Source: Synechococcaceae bacterium WB8_1B_136 (GTDB lineage Bacteria; Cyanobacteriota; Cyanobacteriia; PCC-6307; Cyanobiaceae). Taken from it: a DNA stretch of 42,089 nt. The DNA lies in contig RGNC01000001.1 of assembly GCA_010029175.1 (NCBI GenBank), forward strand, positions 1-42,089. The letters are read 5' to 3'. Each line of letters starts with the position of its first letter. The stretch's first letter is position 1. Below are positions 38,708-42,089 of this stretch, in pieces. The position numbers and the translations under genes were made by a program. The notes beneath the pieces were generated by a model. It worked only from the letters and a program-made list of their open reading frames with translations, was not told the DNA's origin and made no database searches.

Positions 38708-41026
38708 GTGGCCATCCATGCGACACCGCTGCTGCAGGAACCCGCTCGCCTGAAGGCACGCCTGCGGGAGGTGCCCTCCGAGCCTGGCTGCTATCTGCTG
38801 CGTGATGGCGAGGACCGCATCCTCTACATCGGCAAGGCCAAGGTGCTGCGCAACCGCGTGCGCAGCTACTTCCAGAGCGGCAGCGGCCATGGCCACAGCC
38901 CCCGCATCTCGCTGATGGTGCGCCAGGTGTGCGAGATCGAGTTCATCGTCACCGACAGCGAAGCGGAGGCCCTGGCGCTCGAATCCAACCTGATCAAGCA
39001 GAACCAGCCGCACTTCAATGTGCTGCTGAAGGACGACAAGAAATACCCCTACCTCTGCATCACCTGGAGTGAGCCCTACCCGCGCATCTTCATCACCCGC
39101 CGCCGGCGCTTCCGTTCACCCCTGGATCGCTTCTACGGGCCCTACGTGGACGTGGGCCTGCTGCGCCGCACCCTGGCCCTGGTGAAGCGGGTGTTTCCCC
39201 TGCGGCAGCGGCCCCAGCCCTTGTACCGCGATCGCACCTGCCTCAACTATGACATCGGCCGCTGTCCGGGTGTGTGCCAGGCCAAGATCAGCTCCGACGA
39301 CTACCACCGCACCCTGCGCCAGGTGGCGATGGTGTTCCAGGGGCGCAATGAGGAGCTGCTGGAGCTGTTGCAGGAGCAGATGCAGAAGTACGCCGAGCGG
39401 CTTGATTTCGAGAGCGCCGCCCGGGTGCGCGACCAGATCCAGGGCCTCGACACCCTCACGGCCGACCAGAAGATGAGCCTGGGCGACAGCTCGGTGAGCC
39501 GTGATGTGATCGCCCTGGCGGCAGACGGGCGCGTGGCGGCGGTGCAGCTGTTTCAGATGCGCGCCGGCAAGTTGGTGGGGCGCCTGGGGTTCACCGCCGA
39601 TGCCGCCACAGGCGATGGGCAGCCCCTGGAACCCGGCCTGATCCTGCAGCGGGTGGTGGAGGAGCACTACAGCCAGGTGGAGCCGGTGGAGATTCCACCG
39701 GAGCTGCTGCTGCAGCACCCCTTGCCCCAGCAGGCATTGATCGGCGGGTGGCTGAGTGAACGTCGGGGACGGCGGCTGAAATTGGCGGTGCCCCAGCGGC
39801 AGCAGAAAGCCGATCTGATCGAGCTGCTGGAGCGCAATGCCAGCTACGAACTGCAGCGCGCCCAACGGGGTGCCGAGCAGCAGCAGCTGGCCACCGAAGA
39901 CCTGGCCCAACTGCTGGAGTTGCCCAGCCCGCCCCGCCGCATCGAGGGGTACGACATCAGCCACATCCAGGGCAGTGATGCGGTGGCCTCCCAGGTGGTG
40001 TTCATCGATGGCCTGCCGGCCAAGCAGCACTACCGCAAGTACAGGATCCAGAGCAGCTCGATCCGCGCCGGCCACTCCGACGATTTCATGGCCATGGCCG
40101 AGATCATGCGTCGCCGCTTCCGCCGCTGGGCCCAGGCCAAGGCAGAGGGTGCCGACCTGCTGGCCCTGCGCCGCGAAGCCAACACCGCCCTTCACACCGG
40201 CGGGCTCAACGACTGGCCTGATCTGGTGATGATCGATGGCGGCAAGGGGCAGCTCTCGGCGGTGATGGAGGCCCTGCGGGAACTCAACCTGCATGAGGAC
40301 CTGATCGTCTGTTCCCTGGCCAAGCAGCGGGAGGAGGTGTTCCTCCCCGGGGCCAGGCAACCGCTGGAGAGTGAACCCGATCAGCTGGGGGTGCAGCTGC
40401 TGCGCCGTCTGCGGGATGAGGCCCACCGCTTCGCCGTGAGCTTCCACCGCCAGCAGCGGGGCGAACGCATGAAGCGCTCCCGCCTCTCCGATATCCCCGG
40501 CCTTGGTCCCAAGCGGGTGAAGGAGCTGCTGGCCCACTTCCGCTCGATTGATGCGATCCAGCTGGCCAGTCCCGAGCTGCTGGCCCAGGCCCCCGGCATG
40601 GGGCCCGGGTTGGCCAAGGCGGTGTGGGAGTACTTCCACCCGGCTGGGGCAGCACCCGGCTGGGGCAGCGCCCGACGGCCAGGATGGTGTCCCGATGGAC
40701 CAAACCATGGAGCTTGCCGGTTGAAACGGCTGTGCACCCTGCTGGCACTCCTGGCCCTGGTGCTGCAGCTGGCCCTGGTGCTGCAGCTGGCGCTGCCCAG
40801 GGCCGCTGAAGCGGCGCCGGGCCTCTGCGTTGGGCCGGTGTGCGGCGATGAAATCACCCACAGCCGCCAGCACCCCTTCCAGCTGCGACTGAAGGTGACC
40901 GACCAGCAGGGGCATCGGGAGCGCCTCACCGTTGATTGCCGCGATGGGCAGCTCAGCCCGGCCACGGGACCCGTGGAGCGAGGCCATGCCATAGCAGTGG
41001 CCCGCAGGGCCTGTCGACTGGCATGA
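38708..41026 (+). CDS. uvrC: Excinuclease ABC subunit C; as written it reads through into the next gene (ancestral stop probably TGA 40722-40724)
   Basis: GIY-YIG region [38 protein letters not shown], HhH IPGLGPKR; 16-bp duplication at 40637-40668 shifts the frame. Confidence 0.93.
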   Translation: MAIHATPLLQEPARLKARLREVPSEPGCYLLRDGEDRILYIGKAKVLRNRVRSYFQSGSGHGHSPRISLMVRQVCEIEFIVTDSEAEALALESNLIKQNQPHFNVLLKDDKKYPYLCITWSEPYPRIFITRRRRFRSPLDRFYGPYVDVGLLRRTLALVKRVFPLRQRPQPLYRDRTCLNYDIGRCPGVCQAKISSDDYHRTLRQVAMVFQGRNEELLELLQEQMQKYAERLDFESAARVRDQIQGLDTLTADQKMSLGDSSVSRDVIALAADGRVAAVQLFQMRAGKLVGRLGFTADAATGDGQPLEPGLILQRVVEEHYSQVEPVEIPPELLLQHPLPQQALIGGWLSERRGRRLKLAVPQRQQKADLIELLERNASYELQRAQRGAEQQQLATEDLAQLLELPSPPRRIEGYDISHIQGSDAVASQVVFIDGLPAKQHYRKYRIQSSSIRAGHSDDFMAMAEIMRRRFRRWAQAKAEGADLLALRREANTALHTGGLNDWPDLVMIDGGKGQLSAVMEALRELNLHEDLIVCSLAKQREEVFLPGARQPLESEPDQLGVQLLRRLRDEAHRFAVSFHRQQRGERMKRSRLSDIPGLGPKRVKELLAHFRSIDAIQLASPELLAQAPGMGPGLAKAVWEYFHPAGAAPGWGSARRPGWCPDGPNHGACRLKRLCTLLALLALVLQLALVLQLALPRAAEAAPGLCVGPVCGDEITHSRQHPFQLRLKVTDQQGHRERLTVDCRDGQLSPATGPVERGHAIAVARRACRLA
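40637..40668 (+). repeat. Perfect 16-bp tandem duplication CACCCGGCTGGGGCAG x2
   Basis: 40637-40652 identical to 40653-40668. Confidence 0.95.
40721..41026 (+). CDS. Small exported Cys-containing hypothetical protein (own TTG start; currently in frame with uvrC)
   Basis: TTG overlaps the ancestral uvrC TGA; KR plus hydrophobic signal and AEA cleavage site; mature CVGPVC...DC...RRAC. Confidence 0.65.
   Translation: MKRLCTLLALLALVLQLALVLQLALPRAAEAAPGLCVGPVCGDEITHSRQHPFQLRLKVTDQQGHRERLTVDCRDGQLSPATGPVERGHAIAVARRACRLA
40751..40786 (+). repeat. Perfect 18-bp tandem duplication CTGGCCCTGGTGCTGCAG x2 (LALVLQ x2)
   Basis: 40751-40768 identical to 40769-40786. Confidence 0.93.
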
Positions 41027-42089
41027 GCCTGGGGATCTGGGTCCTGGGGGATCAGCTCCATCCCCAGCAGGCTGCCCTGGGCAGCAGCAGTCCGGGGCAG
41101 GCCCGGGTTCTGCTGGTGGAGAGCCTTTCGGTGCTGGAGCAACGGGCCTACCACCGCCAGAAGCTGGTGTTGGTGTGGAGTGCCATGCGCCATTTCGGCG
41201 CCGAACTGGCTGGCCTCGGCTGGCAGGTGGATCACCTGGAGAGCGATCGCTTTGGATCAGCTGTTCAGGGCTGGATCAGCAGCCATGGCATCAGCGAGCT
41301 GCGCATCATGGAGCCCGCGGATCGGGGCTTTCGGGCCGCTATCGAGGCCCTGGAGCTGCCGCTGACCCTGGTGTGGGTGCCCAGCAACGCCTTTCTGTGG
41401 AGCCGCGAGGCCTTTGCCCATTGGGCCGGGGGCTACAAGCAGCTGCGGATGGAGTTGTTCTACCGGGAGGGGCGGCGGCGGTTCGCGGTGCTGATGGAGG
41501 GCACGGGCAAGGCGGCCCAACCCCTGGGCGGCCGCTGGAACTTCGACCAGGACAACCGCAAGCCACCGCCGAAGACCCTGCAGGGCCCCGCGCCGCTGTG
41601 GTTTGAACCGGATGCCATCACCCGCGCGGTGATCGACAAGGTGCGGACCCTCGATGGGCAGCGCCTGGCAGCGGGCCAGCCGGCGCTGCCGGGCGCCCTC
41701 GAGCCCTTCCGCTGGGGGGTCACCCGGGCCCAGGCTCTGCAGTTGCTGGAGCACTTCATCGCCACCCGCCTGGCGGGGTTCGGCCCCTACCAGGACGCGA
41801 TGGTGAGCGGTGAGCCCACCCTCTGGCATGCCCTGCTGTCGCCCTACCTGAACCTGGGCCTGCTGCAGCCGCTGGAGGTGATCCGCCGACTGGAACAGGC
41901 CGGCCTGGAACTGGACGTGCCCCTGGCAGGGCTGGAGGGCGTGATCCGCCAGATCCTGGGCTGGCGGGAATACACCCATGGCCTCTACTGGTGGTTCGGG
42001 CCGGAGTACGGGAAGCGCAATTACTTCGGCGCCCAGCGGCACCTCCCCGCCTGGCTCGACGGCCTGGGGTGCAGTGGCATGGCCTGCCT
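41023..42089 (+). CDS. Cryptochrome/photolyase-related protein (FeS-BCP, PhrB/CryB-like), 3'-truncated; absent from the ORF track
   Basis: My translation from ATG 41023 (ATGA overlap): [70 protein letters not shown]; open to window end. Confidence 0.88.
   Translation, partial: MSLGIWVLGDQLHPQQAALGSSSPGQARVLLVESLSVLEQRAYHRQKLVLVWSAMRHFGAELAGLGWQVDHLESDRFGSAVQGWISSHGISELRIMEPADRGFRAAIEALELPLTLVWVPSNAFLWSREAFAHWAGGYKQLRMELFYREGRRRFAVLMEGTGKAAQPLGGRWNFDQDNRKPPPKTLQGPAPLWFEPDAITRAVIDKVRTLDGQRLAAGQPALPGALEPFRWGVTRAQALQLLEHFIATRLAGFGPYQDAMVSGEPTLWHALLSPYLNLGLLQPLEVIRRLEQAGLELDVPLAGLEGVIRQILGWREYTHGLYWWFGPEYGKRNYFGAQRHLPAWLDGLGCSGMAC

Noticed and set aside
4806-41250. HIP1 octamer GCGATCGC
   Set aside because: Only about eight copies spotted by eye in 42 kb, far below HIP1-rich genomes, and none at the indel junctions
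1-42089. CRISPR array, IS elements, prophage or defence system
   Set aside because: No regularly spaced repeats and no transposase, integrase, phage structural or defence-domain ORFs recognised; intergenic spaces are all short

Overview
GC-rich picocyanobacterial chromosome (Cyanobium / Synechococcus cluster-5 type, inferred from gene content and order), almost entirely core genome. Gene order: partial SnoaL-like gene, C39-like peptidase, selO-bcp-rpmB, clan-AA protease-like gene, four-gene sugar/compatible-solute ABC importer, htpG, DUF3598, 7Fe ferredoxin-hisZ-suhB-2Fe2S ferredoxin, tRNA-Ser(GGA), dnaK-dnaJ-DUF3110-murQ, mtnP, cyclophilin, ribBA, argC, purN, DUF1257-M61 peptidase-amidase, lysozyme-like gene, pgi, leuS, hfq, dapF-cysteine desulfurase-DUF1995-DUF4330-dacB, cdv3-coaD, flavin reductase-uvrC-small exported protein-photolyase-family gene (truncated). 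I found no CRISPR, transposase, integrase or defence island, and cannot claim a new multi-gene system. The strongest anomaly is a cluster of 16-55 bp lesions in housekeeping genes: frameshifting deletions in htpG and mtnP, a probable in-frame deletion in the DapF tail, a 16-bp duplication fusing uvrC to the next gene, and an 18-bp duplication nearby. These could be biological or assembly artefacts. Also notable are a recurring TA(G/C)GATC promoter motif, an orphan terminator-like hairpin and a likely unannotated lytic-transglycosylase-fold protein. All family assignments are by motif recognition, not by search.
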